Shown piece after piece: positions 18,866 through 27,438 of a DNA stretch of 39,624 nucleotides. The notes beneath the pieces are model-generated. The model searched no databases. It was not told the origin of the DNA and saw only the letters and a program-made list of their open reading frames with translations. Source of the DNA: Eubacteriales bacterium (lineage in GTDB: Bacteria; Bacillota; Clostridia; Oscillospirales; SIG627); NCBI GenBank assembly GCA_045601605.1, contig JAZRZY010000059.1, positions 1-39,624 on the forward strand, in the 5' to 3' direction. A program made the translations under genes and the position numbers. Positions within the stretch are counted from its first letter, which is position 1. Every line of letters starts with the position of its first letter.

Positions 18866-20200
18866 ATGCGTAAAAAAGATCCGTTTCCTACTGCATTTGA
18901 TGGATTGCCCTTGCTTTCCGATGCGCAGATCGGGGGGGTGGGTCTTTTTCTGTTGCGTGTCTCTTATCTGTTGATTTGCTCAATGCCGCTCGTGCTTTCG
19001 ATGCTTGATGCGATCGCGGGAGTGGCGGCAAGTGTTTTGTACGCAATCGGGCTTTTTGCTCTTTGCGTGCCCCTCATTTTCGATATTGTTCGAAAACTCA
19101 AGTCAAAATCACCGACGCTTGATTCGCTGCTCGTCTTTTTCTCCGTGCTGTTCTTCGTGTGGAGCCAAATGTATACGGAAGCTGTGGCGTTGATGATCTT
19201 TTATCATTTGGCCGATCTTTTGCTTTGCATTCTTCTTCGATCTGCGCGAAAAAAGTGTGATCTTCACGTCAATCGCATTACGGGTGTGTCCGTTGGACAC
19301 CGTCCGGACGCACAGGGGCTTTTGCATTTGAGCGATCTCGATGTGCTCGACGTGGATTGCCGTATCGTGCAGGGGAGTGCAATTTGCTCGCTTGGCTTTC
19401 TCGATGCTGATGCGGGAGAGTTTTCTGCCGAAGCAGGAGAGATACTGTTCGCCGGAACTCAGGTGATGGAAGGAACGCTTGTTTGCGAACCGCTCGCAGA
19501 GTCGGGACACACGGTTTTGGCGGTGCGCCGAAAGCTTTCGCGTTGTCTGAGCAGTCCTTCGGCGTCTTCTCGCTTCCTGATGCGTTGCGGTATATATTTG
19601 CAGACAGCATATCTTTTGTTTGTTTTGATGAATGCTACGTTTTTCGATTTGCCGATCGCTCCCGGATTTTTGGGGGTTGTTTCCGTTTTCTTTTGCTTTG
19701 ATTTCTTCTTGCGCTATCGCCGAGCGATTGAACTCGGGTTGTTGGCCGGATTTTTGCAGAAGGGTATTTTCCCTGAATCCATCGATAAAATGCTTGTACT
19801 TCATAAGGGGTATGATAAGGCCGTATTTGCCTCTTTTTCGCCGAATTACCGGCGGGGAAACCTTTCGGGAAAGATGTTTCGTGTGCGTGGGCGTTTGCCT
19901 CGTCGGCATTTCTTGATTTCTGAGTATGCGAGCGAGCATTCCGCGCTTGTCGTGGCATCCGACTTTGCACTGATGTATCGAGATCGCGATTCTCTTCTTC
20001 CTTTTGTGCAACGGTGTTATGAGAATTCGGTTTTGAATTTGCTTTGTGCGGCTCTTGCCGTAATTTGCCTGATCGCATCCTTGTTATTTTTGATTTTTAC
20101 CGGATCGGTAGTTGCAGGCTTGATCCCGCTTCTTTTATGTGTTTTGATAACTTTTTTCGTGTTTTCTTTGCCGATGCGCAATCGATTTTCAAAACGATAA
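18866..20200 (+). CDS. Degenerate P1B-type ATPase-like 8-TM protein lacking the N-domain and catalytic motifs
   Basis: Actuator-like block LDADAGEFSAEAGEILFAGTQVMEGTL (AGE in place of TGE). CFD in place of CPC ~95 aa later. DKAVF in place of DKTGT ~40 aa after that. Only ~45 aa remain before the ASDFALM hinge-like block and the last 2 TMs. Confidence 0.55.
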   Translation: MRKKDPFPTAFDGLPLLSDAQIGGVGLFLLRVSYLLICSMPLVLSMLDAIAGVAASVLYAIGLFALCVPLIFDIVRKLKSKSPTLDSLLVFFSVLFFVWSQMYTEAVALMIFYHLADLLLCILLRSARKKCDLHVNRITGVSVGHRPDAQGLLHLSDLDVLDVDCRIVQGSAICSLGFLDADAGEFSAEAGEILFAGTQVMEGTLVCEPLAESGHTVLAVRRKLSRCLSSPSASSRFLMRCGIYLQTAYLLFVLMNATFFDLPIAPGFLGVVSVFFCFDFFLRYRRAIELGLLAGFLQKGIFPESIDKMLVLHKGYDKAVFASFSPNYRRGNLSGKMFRVRGRLPRRHFLISEYASEHSALVVASDFALMYRDRDSLLPFVQRCYENSVLNLLCAALAVICLIASLLFLIFTGSVVAGLIPLLLCVLITFFVFSLPMRNRFSKR

Positions 20201-20216
20201 GGGATCTTGATTATGG

Positions 20217-20249
20217 AAAAAGCTTCCGCTTTTGCGGAAGCTTTTTTTT
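20217..20249. terminator. Bidirectional rho-independent terminator
   Basis: aaaa-agcttccgc-tttt-gcggaagct-ttttttt, lying between convergent genes. Confidence 0.9.
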
Positions 20250-20255
20250 GCTTGA

Positions 20256-20465
20256 TTATTCGGCGAGGGCGGGATGCCATTCGCGACGGAACAGAAGAGT
20301 GATGCACCAAAGCGCGCAAATACCAACCAACGTATAAATGATACGGGCAACGATGGTGCCGGCTCCTCCGCAGATCCATGCTACGAGGTCAAACTGAAAG
20401 AGACCGACAAGACCCCAGTTAAAACCGCCGATGATCAAAAGGATCAGAGCAATTCTGTCAAGCAT
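20256..20465 (-). CDS. DUF378-family small membrane protein
   Basis: IIGGFNWGLVGLFQFDLV signature. Confidence 0.75.
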   Translation of the reverse strand: MLDRIALILLIIGGFNWGLVGLFQFDLVAWICGGAGTIVARIIYTLVGICALWCITLLFRREWHPALAE

Positions 20466-20597
20466 TTTTCGTTTGGAGCAAGGCTTGCATTTTCCTTCGT
20501 GTTTTTTTCAAAACAATTGCTTTGAAATTTTGTCGGATTCCCGACATGTGTAGTATGCGCCGTGATTTGAAAAATACACGCTGATTGTAAAAATGGA

Positions 20598-21530
20598 TCA
20601 GTAAATTTCTCTCAAATGAATGTTTCCGACGGTGCTGGTGAGTTGAGCGAACAATTCTTCCTGTTTGGCTTCTTGATTTAGTTGGATACCGACGGCATTT
20701 CCGTTTGTATCGTAGATCGTGCCAAAGGTGGTATTCACGTGTAAACGCGTTGTGTCGTTGTTTTTATACGTTAAGGAAATAGATCCGACGACGGTTCCGA
20801 CGTTTAGATTGCCCGTCGGATCGGAAATCGATACCTCTCCGCAGGTGATGTTGCAGGATGTGTCGTTATAATGACAGTTGTCGATTTCGATTTTTCCGAC
20901 ATTCGCAGTAAGGTTGAGTGCACATTGTTCGCCTTGGCAGTTTTGAATGAAAATTTCGCCGACGGTCAGCGAGGTGTGCAAGGCGATATCATCAGGTATA
21001 TCAACGGCGGTGAAGGAGCCGCAGGTGATCTCACTTCGGAGGCAGGAAAAATTATCATTCGCATTCAGATGAATGATGATTTCCGGCAGCGGTCTTGTAG
21101 AGGCGTCGTGAAACAAATGGCGCAATCCTCCGAAAGAGATTTCGGAGTGTCCTACGTTGAAGCCGAAAATGTTGACGCTGTTTTTTTCGCTGATGGAGAG
21201 CGTTCCGGCGGAAAATTGAAAGCTATAGTTTTCCTGATTGACGTTGTGCAGCTCGATCGTTGTAACGCCGTCTGTTTTTTGTACCTGAACGTTTGCCCCT
21301 TGAAGCTGGAGCGAAAGTTCGTTGATTTCCGCATTTTCAGAAGCTCCGCTCGCAAGGAGTGCGTCGGTCAGCTGATACTGTCGGGTGACGAAATCATAAG
21401 CGTTTTTTTCATCGTTGTAGATGTCTATCTTGTTGCAAAGCGCTACGACATAGCTTACCGTTGTCAACAGCACGCCGAGCGTAAATAAAATCAGCGCGGA
21501 AATCAGCGAGGATTTGGTGGAACGCTTCAT
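20598..21530 (-). CDS. Membrane-anchored beta-strand-repeat protein (DUF4097/LiaG-like)
   Basis: N-terminal TM. C-terminal repeats of short G.I.I/V.V.N motifs (VGEIFIQN, VGKIEIDN, CGEVSISD, VGSISLTY). ATGA overlap with the upstream gene. Confidence 0.45.
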   Translation of the reverse strand: MKRSTKSSLISALILFTLGVLLTTVSYVVALCNKIDIYNDEKNAYDFVTRQYQLTDALLASGASENAEINELSLQLQGANVQVQKTDGVTTIELHNVNQENYSFQFSAGTLSISEKNSVNIFGFNVGHSEISFGGLRHLFHDASTRPLPEIIIHLNANDNFSCLRSEITCGSFTAVDIPDDIALHTSLTVGEIFIQNCQGEQCALNLTANVGKIEIDNCHYNDTSCNITCGEVSISDPTGNLNVGTVVGSISLTYKNNDTTRLHVNTTFGTIYDTNGNAVGIQLNQEAKQEELFAQLTSTVGNIHLREIY

Positions 21531-22258
21531 TGATTCACCTCCTTGCCGTCGGCGGGGAGAAAGCGCTCGGAACCGAATACAAATGCAATCATACTAAGGA
21601 AACAATAGACAAAGCAACGCGTTAAGAAGCGTAACAGGCGCGGGAGCTGTCCGGTTGAAAGTTCGCCGGCGAGTGCCGTGAGTGCAAGGATTACACCCGA
21701 AACAGTCAATGCAAGGCCGATTTCGATCAGCCCGACCCAAACGCCGTTTGTGAACAGCTGTACAATTCCGTAACAGAGGCCTGCAATGGCAATTGCAATC
21801 AGGATTGCACAAACACAGAGGACCAGCAGCGCGCAAAAGAGGAGCGCGGCAGAGACGATAATGTAAGTGGCGAGAATTGCCGTTAACAGAATGAAAAGGA
21901 CAAGGCAAAGCAGAAAACCGGCAGTAAAAGCATAAGCTTTACGCTTGGCGGGAGAATCCTCATACTTTTTTTGCGCGGTCGGAATGATGCCTTTGAAGAA
22001 GGGGAGGGGCCGAATGGGGCGAAACAGTTTGTCCTTTGAATTTGCCTTCTTGGGGGGCGCGTCATCGAGCAGTTGTTCGACAAACTCACATTCTTCCTCT
22101 TCTTCAAAGAAAGCAGTTTCTTCAGGCGGCGGGAGATTTTGGAGGCGGCTGAAGAATTGTTCGTTTTCCTCGTCGGTCATTTCCTGAATGGCCGGGAAAA
22201 ATGTTTCCGTTTGATTCGGCATTCCTGCTTCGGGAGGTGTTTTAAGATTTTGTTCCAT
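21527..22258 (-). CDS. Hypothetical polytopic membrane protein with acidic N-terminal region
   Basis: Acidic stretch EETAFFEEEEECEF, followed by ~4 predicted TM helices. No family recognised. Confidence 0.55.
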   Translation of the reverse strand: MEQNLKTPPEAGMPNQTETFFPAIQEMTDEENEQFFSRLQNLPPPEETAFFEEEEECEFVEQLLDDAPPKKANSKDKLFRPIRPLPFFKGIIPTAQKKYEDSPAKRKAYAFTAGFLLCLVLFILLTAILATYIIVSAALLFCALLVLCVCAILIAIAIAGLCYGIVQLFTNGVWVGLIEIGLALTVSGVILALTALAGELSTGQLPRLLRFLTRCFVYCFLSMIAFVFGSERFLPADGKEVNQ

Positions 22259-22267
22259 AGCGTGACC

Positions 22268-23416
22268 TTATTTGAGATTCAATTGTCGGATCGCTTGATC
22301 TTTTGAAAAGTTTGTGGCTTGATATAAAAACAGAACGTCGGTGATATTTTCGCTTTCGCATAACTTTAGGGTACTCTCGCGATAACTTCGAAGATCGATG
22401 CAGATGATCGTTTCAAAGTGATCCTTCAGAAAGGGAACGAGGCTGTGGGCATAGGAGTCCTTTACAATCAGCAGGCGGCGGTTGTTGTCGGTGTCGGTTT
22501 CAATGCGGGTAATGGGGTAGTTGCCCTTAAGGAAGTAGTTGTACTGATCGCTCCCTTGAAGCGCTTCTTCAAAATAGATCGAATCGTATGTCCCGCCGTC
22601 GAGCGTTGCGGTGAGTGTCCCTCCGGTTTTGAGATCAAAGCGTGTGATCTGGTCTGCTTGTACGGGAATGTTGATTTTGGAGGAATAGGTTCCCTTAAAA
22701 TTGTCGGAGACGATCGTTTGTTGATACTCCTCGAGTTTGTGCGGAGTGAAATTCATTGCGGAAGAAAGCTCGGTGTAGGCGTAATATGCACCGAGTGTTG
22801 TCCAGTGGTGATCGTTTCGGTAATAGATCGTTTCTCCGCTGTGAAGATCGAGAATCGGTTTTAGGTTCACGTAGTCGTTTCCAAGGATTTCCGAGGCCGC
22901 AAGATTGACGTTTTCATAGTCATAGATCGTGGCGAAGGGGGGGAGCTGTTCGGCGAGTACGTGGGCGGAATCCGGGGCGAGTGCGACGGTTACGTTGCAA
23001 TCGGGGTTCGTTTCCGCAAGCGTTTCGGAAAACGTCTGGATGTCGTTAAGGTTTGTGGTCAAAAGAGCGCAGTTGAGTGAATCTTCTTTGCTGAAGAGAT
23101 AGTTGTCCGTGCCGAGATAAACGCCTCCGATGTCGCGCTTTCCGAGCAGGATCTCGGTGTTGTTTTTGAGAGCGACGAATTGGTCGCGCATCGGAAATTG
23201 ATCCGCAACGTAGTTTTCGTATTGTTGGGTAAATTTCTGCTCTTGCACACGCGTGACCAAACCGTTGGCACTGAGCTCGGGGAAGGTTTGCAGAAAGCGT
23301 TTTTCCTTTTCGGAATAAGTCTTATCGGGAAGGAGGATGGATATCACGCTCGTCACCGCCAAGACAAAAAGCAGGATGACCGATACGATGATGGAGTAAA
23401 GTCGATTCTCTTTCAC
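22268..23416 (-). CDS. DHHW-family protein (AlgX/AlgJ-like SGNH fold, extracytoplasmic acyl transfer partner)
   Basis: N-terminal TM anchor and the diagnostic YYRNDHHWTTLGAYYAY motif. Lies 9 nt downstream of the MBOAT gene. Confidence 0.8.
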   Translation of the reverse strand: MKENRLYSIIVSVILLFVLAVTSVISILLPDKTYSEKEKRFLQTFPELSANGLVTRVQEQKFTQQYENYVADQFPMRDQFVALKNNTEILLGKRDIGGVYLGTDNYLFSKEDSLNCALLTTNLNDIQTFSETLAETNPDCNVTVALAPDSAHVLAEQLPPFATIYDYENVNLAASEILGNDYVNLKPILDLHSGETIYYRNDHHWTTLGAYYAYTELSSAMNFTPHKLEEYQQTIVSDNFKGTYSSKINIPVQADQITRFDLKTGGTLTATLDGGTYDSIYFEEALQGSDQYNYFLKGNYPITRIETDTDNNRRLLIVKDSYAHSLVPFLKDHFETIICIDLRSYRESTLKLCESENITDVLFLYQATNFSKDQAIRQLNLK

Positions 23417-23425
23417 GTTTTCCTC

Positions 23426-24841
23426 CTAGAATTGGAAGTAAAGGAAGGGGTTGTAGGTCCCGTCAACGAGATAGGCGACGCCGAGGGTTAAAACGAACAG
23501 AATTAAGAAGATCGTAAGACCCGCGCGCAAAATCGGGCGAGATCCGAGCCCTTTATCAACACTATCAAACAACTTTTTGGGCAAATTCGTGGAAGAAACG
23601 GCCAAAATTACGAACAAAACTCCGTATCCGAGAAGTGAATAGAGAGCAAAATCGTCGTAAAGAGGCGCGCTGAACATAGCACCGATGAAGGCGAGGGCAC
23701 TTGAAAGCGCGCCGTCAAACGCAAAGAGGATCCAACTGATGATCACAAGTAAAAGTGTGTAGATATGCCCGAAGATCTTAGGGATGCGTCGGAGAAGCTT
23801 TTCAAGGAACAATTTCTCCATGATTAAGATGACGGCAAAATACAGTCCCCACGCAATGTAGTTCCAGCCTGCCCCGTGCCAAAAACCGGTCAGACTCCAA
23901 ACAATGAGCAGGTTGACGATTTGAATGAGTTTTCCGCGGCGATTTCCGCCGAGCGGAATGTAGAGATATTCGCGAAACCACGTGGAAAGGGAAATATGCC
24001 ATCTGCGCCAAAAGTCGGTAATGCTGTGAGCAAGGTAGGGGTAATTGAAGTTCTCCAAAAACTCAAAGCCGAAAATTCGCCCGAGACCGATGGCCATATC
24101 GGAGTAGCCGGAAAAGTCGAAATAAATCTGGAATGTAAATGCGAGTGCGCCGAGCCATGCCGACAAGACGGTCAGTTCGTCTGCGGGAATTGCTGAAATT
24201 TCCGTCCAAAGTGCACCGACGGAGTTTGCAAGCAGAACTTTTTTGCCAAATCCTGCCGCAAAACGTCGTAGGCCGGAGGTGACCTTCTCAAAGTTGCAGG
24301 TGCGCTCGTTTAATTGATCCTCGATGGTTTTATACCGGACGATCGGGCCGGCGATCAATTGCGGGAATAATGCAACGTAGGTGCCGAAGGTGACGTAATT
24401 CTTTTGCAGAGAGGCATCTCCGCGGTAAATATCGATGGGGTACGACATTGTTTGGAACGTGTAGAACGATATGCCGATGGGAAGGGCAAGCTTTAAGACG
24501 TCCAGATTGGTTCCGAAGAAATGATTGACGTTGGTAATTGCAAAATCGGTGTATTTGAAAAAGCAAAGAAGGGCAAGGTTGACGAAAACGGAGGAAAAAA
24601 CGGCCAGTTTGGCGCTGCAGCGATGTTCGTTTATCTTTGCTTTCCAGACCCAAAAACCGAAGAAGTAGTTGAAGGTGATGGAGAACAGCATAACGAAGAG
24701 ATAGATCGGTTCTCCCCAAGCATAGAAGAAAAGACTGGTGAGGAAAAGCACCAGATTTCGGAATCGCTTCGGCACCGAAAAGTAAAGAAGCAAAACAAGC
24801 GGCAAAAAGCGAAATAAAAAGGGGAGAGAACTAAAAACCAT
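23426..24841 (-). CDS. MBOAT-family membrane O-acyltransferase (AlgI/DltB/PatA-like)
   Basis: FWRRWHISLSTWFREYLYIPLGGNR catalytic-His block, ~10 TM profile. AGGAG RBS. Confidence 0.9.
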   Translation of the reverse strand: MVFSSLPFLFRFLPLVLLLYFSVPKRFRNLVLFLTSLFFYAWGEPIYLFVMLFSITFNYFFGFWVWKAKINEHRCSAKLAVFSSVFVNLALLCFFKYTDFAITNVNHFFGTNLDVLKLALPIGISFYTFQTMSYPIDIYRGDASLQKNYVTFGTYVALFPQLIAGPIVRYKTIEDQLNERTCNFEKVTSGLRRFAAGFGKKVLLANSVGALWTEISAIPADELTVLSAWLGALAFTFQIYFDFSGYSDMAIGLGRIFGFEFLENFNYPYLAHSITDFWRRWHISLSTWFREYLYIPLGGNRRGKLIQIVNLLIVWSLTGFWHGAGWNYIAWGLYFAVILIMEKLFLEKLLRRIPKIFGHIYTLLLVIISWILFAFDGALSSALAFIGAMFSAPLYDDFALYSLLGYGVLFVILAVSSTNLPKKLFDSVDKGLGSRPILRAGLTIFLILFVLTLGVAYLVDGTYNPFLYFQF

Positions 24842-24873
24842 TGCGGTCTCCTATCTCAAGTTTAATCATCTGT

Positions 24874-24902
24874 ATTTTACCAAATTCTCCGAAAAAAAGC
24901 AA
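24874..24902 (-). promoter_or_regulatory. Candidate promoter of the MBOAT operon
   Basis: Minus strand: TTGCTT, 17-nt spacer, then TGgTAAAAT. Confidence 0.55.
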
Positions 24903-24956
24903 GTGAGTTACACGCTTCGGAAGGGGGAGTGAAAGTGTAAAGATTTTTTGTGTTTG

Positions 24957-24985
24957 TTGACAGAACCTTGGGGAAATGCTATGAT
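24957..24985 (+). promoter_or_regulatory. Candidate promoter of the solute-binding lipoprotein gene
   Basis: TTGACA, 17-nt spacer, then TGcTATGAT. Confidence 0.6.
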
Positions 24986-25015
24986 AAACAATGAAAAAAC
25001 AAGGGAGGTTTGATC

Positions 25016-26449
25016 GTGAAAAAACGGTTGTTTTCGGTGTTGCTTTGCTGTTTGGTTTTGTTTGTGTTTTGCTCTTGCGAAGCTCAGATCACCCCCATTA
25101 CTCCCGAGGCGCAGTCATCTGTCCAGAATTCGACGGACGTCAATGCACGATTGGATGAATTGGAAAGTGTTGACTTCGGCGGTAAGACGTTTCGGATTGC
25201 CGTTTATCAAGCCGACACCGTCTTTCCCGAAAACACGGAAACACTTCTTGATAAAGCATTGAAGAAACGCAACGATCAAGTCGAAAAGAAATACAATATT
25301 AAACTCAAAAATGCGGCGATCCCGCAGGAGACCTTTTTTTCTACGCTTCGTGATTCCTATGATGCGGGAGAGGATGTCTGTGATATCGTCGTGGCGCCGC
25401 GCTCTATGGCAGCCTCTTTTTTGGCGGCCGATATGCTTTTGAACGTCAATTCGTTGCCATATACGAATTTCAATAAGACCTATTTTGATCAGGACGCAAT
25501 GGATGCGGCCTCTGCAGGTGCCGTAACCTATGAAATTGCAGGGGATTTTGTAACCTCTCCGGGGTCGCAATGGGCCGTTTGTTATAACATTGAATTGATG
25601 GAATGGTTTGGTTTTACCGATTTTGTGACCTTGGCCCGAAACGATCAGTGGACTTGGGAGAAATTCAACGTCTATGTCAACTGGTTTTATAAGGATAAGA
25701 ACGGTGATCGCGTGATGACAGACGCGGATTTATTCGGCTGCACTTCCAGTGCAAGCGAAGAGGTCTTGATGAAGGCGATTTGGGCAAGCAGCGGTATCGA
25801 GTTTTTTGAAAACGATCCGCCGGAAGCGATGCAAATGGATTTTGATGACGAGCGCACCGAGAAGATGATGAAGGCGCTGAAAACTGCCATTGAAACGCCG
25901 GGGCGCTATTCAGAGGAAGACGGCGAAACAAGCGCTCTGGACCTTTTTTTAAACGATCAGTCGCTTTTTTACATTTGTCCTGCTTCAATGGTCGGTTATT
26001 TGCAGCTCCAGGGAATGAACGTCGGTATGCTTCCGTTGCCGAAATTGGATGAAGACCAAGAGCATTTTTATAGTTACGTGGATGCGTCTGCGCCTGTTGT
26101 TTATGTCTTGAACAACTGCAAGGATACCGAATATGTCGGACGCATCGTGCAGGCGCTTTTTGCTGCAAGTGAAGGCATTGTGATGGAGAACACCGTTCAG
26201 GTTTACAGTGCTTATCATCTGACCGGAAATGCCGCTGTCAATTTCTTTATCGATATGCTTAAACACGGATACTATGATCCTGCTTTTGTCTTGGGTGATG
26301 CAATCCCCGAAATACGCGCAGCATCTTGGGGAATTGTCAGCGACTGTATTTTGCTGAAAGGGGATTTCGATGCTCTGTACGCAAATCAGACGGTTGCATT
26401 TAATGAGACGTATGCAGAGGACATCATGCACGCCAAAGCAAATAAATAA
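25016..26449 (+). CDS. Orphan family-1-like extracellular solute-binding lipoprotein
   Basis: Signal peptide ending FCSC. WTWEKF...KDKNGDRVMTDADLFG block typical of sugar-type SBPs. GTG 25016 lies 7 nt after AAGGGAGG. No permease or ATPase genes nearby. Confidence 0.6.
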   Translation: MKKRLFSVLLCCLVLFVFCSCEAQITPITPEAQSSVQNSTDVNARLDELESVDFGGKTFRIAVYQADTVFPENTETLLDKALKKRNDQVEKKYNIKLKNAAIPQETFFSTLRDSYDAGEDVCDIVVAPRSMAASFLAADMLLNVNSLPYTNFNKTYFDQDAMDAASAGAVTYEIAGDFVTSPGSQWAVCYNIELMEWFGFTDFVTLARNDQWTWEKFNVYVNWFYKDKNGDRVMTDADLFGCTSSASEEVLMKAIWASSGIEFFENDPPEAMQMDFDDERTEKMMKALKTAIETPGRYSEEDGETSALDLFLNDQSLFYICPASMVGYLQLQGMNVGMLPLPKLDEDQEHFYSYVDASAPVVYVLNNCKDTEYVGRIVQALFAASEGIVMENTVQVYSAYHLTGNAAVNFFIDMLKHGYYDPAFVLGDAIPEIRAASWGIVSDCILLKGDFDALYANQTVAFNETYAEDIMHAKANK

Positions 26450-26450
26450 C

Positions 26451-26478
26451 AAAATCCCCCGCAATGCGGGGGATTTTT
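26451..26478. terminator. Bidirectional rho-independent terminator
   Basis: aaaa-tcccccgc-aat-gcggggga-ttttt, lying between convergent genes. Confidence 0.9.
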
Positions 26479-26499
26479 GATTGCCGCACGTGTGTGCGG

Positions 26500-27438
26500 T
26501 TATTTTTTTGTCCATTCTTCGCCCAAAGCAAGAAAACTTTGATACCTTGATGAGGGAATGCTTCCGTTTTCGACTGCATCGCGCAGGGCACAGCCAAGCT
26601 CACTTTTGTGTGTGCATTTTGTGAAACGGCACGCGCCGAGATACGGCAAAAACTCCGGGAACAGAAAAGACAGATTCGTTTCTTCGTCTTGGGGGATCTG
26701 ATGAAGTTCCAAACGGGAGAAACCGGCTGTATCGGCGAACAGTCCGGTGGTTTTCAGAACGCTGCGAGTTAGTGAGTGCAGCATCGTTGTGCGTGTTGTG
26801 TTCTTTCCGCGTGCGAGTTTCTGGGAAAGGTCACCGACGGTTCCGCACTCGTTCGGAAACAAGAGGTTGAAAAAGGTGGTTTTACCGACGCCGGAGAAAC
26901 CGGCCATTGCCGTTACTTTGTCTTGAAGGATCGTGCGGAGCAGATCCAAATCCAAGCCCTCGTTTTTTTCGGCGCTGAGGGAAAATGCCTCAAAGCCGCA
27001 GGCACGATAAGTAGAAACCACCGCCTCGGCGCTTTGGGCGCTCAGATCGCTCTTGTTGCAGAGGATAATGGGCTTGATGCCCGCAAACTGCGCGCAGACG
27101 GTCAGACGGTCGATGTACAAAAGATCCGGCGGCGGATTGTCTGCGGCTGCAAAGATCAACAGTGTATCGATGTTTGCGATCGGCGGGCGAGATAAGATGC
27201 TTTTGCGCTCAAGGATTTCTGTGAGGTATCCGTCATTTTCGGTCGATGGGGGGAGCGGTGTCCCGTCATCCGGGAAGATTGCCCCGGGTACAAATCGGAC
27301 CGCATCACCGCAAAGGGGCTTCACTCCGTGATGGCGGAAGGCTCCTTTGGCATAACAGGAATAGCGCATTCCCTCGGAAAGAACGGTGTAACGACCGCCG
27401 ACACAGGAAAGGATGATGCCTTGAAGGGTCTTTTTCAT
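26500..27438 (-). CDS. rsgA: Ribosome small-subunit-dependent GTPase A
   Basis: NKSDL, GFSGVGKTT, C-terminal zinc knuckle CRFTKCTHKSELGCAL. Confidence 0.92.
   Translation of the reverse strand: MKKTLQGIILSCVGGRYTVLSEGMRYSCYAKGAFRHHGVKPLCGDAVRFVPGAIFPDDGTPLPPSTENDGYLTEILERKSILSRPPIANIDTLLIFAAADNPPPDLLYIDRLTVCAQFAGIKPIILCNKSDLSAQSAEAVVSTYRACGFEAFSLSAEKNEGLDLDLLRTILQDKVTAMAGFSGVGKTTFFNLLFPNECGTVGDLSQKLARGKNTTRTTMLHSLTRSVLKTTGLFADTAGFSRLELHQIPQDEETNLSFLFPEFLPYLGACRFTKCTHKSELGCALRDAVENGSIPSSRYQSFLALGEEWTKK

Noticed and set aside
19109-20011. 300-aa ORF antisense to the P-type-ATPase-like gene
   Set aside because: In-phase shadow (mod 3 = 2 for both). The composition is basic and low-complexity, whereas the sense strand gives a coherent 8-TM protein.
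20532-20547. Hairpin tgtcgg-attc-ccgaca as terminator of the MBOAT operon
   Set aside because: The stem is only 6 bp and no T-run follows on the minus strand. Insufficient evidence.
20871-21488. 205-aa ORF antisense to the DUF4097-like gene
   Set aside because: In-phase shadow (mod 3 = 0 for both). The operon structure supports the minus-strand gene.
25677-26515. Minus-strand ORFs 25677-26168 and 25985-26515 inside the SBP gene
   Set aside because: They are antisense to a gene with a clear signal peptide, RBS, promoter and terminator. The second would also read through the bidirectional terminator.
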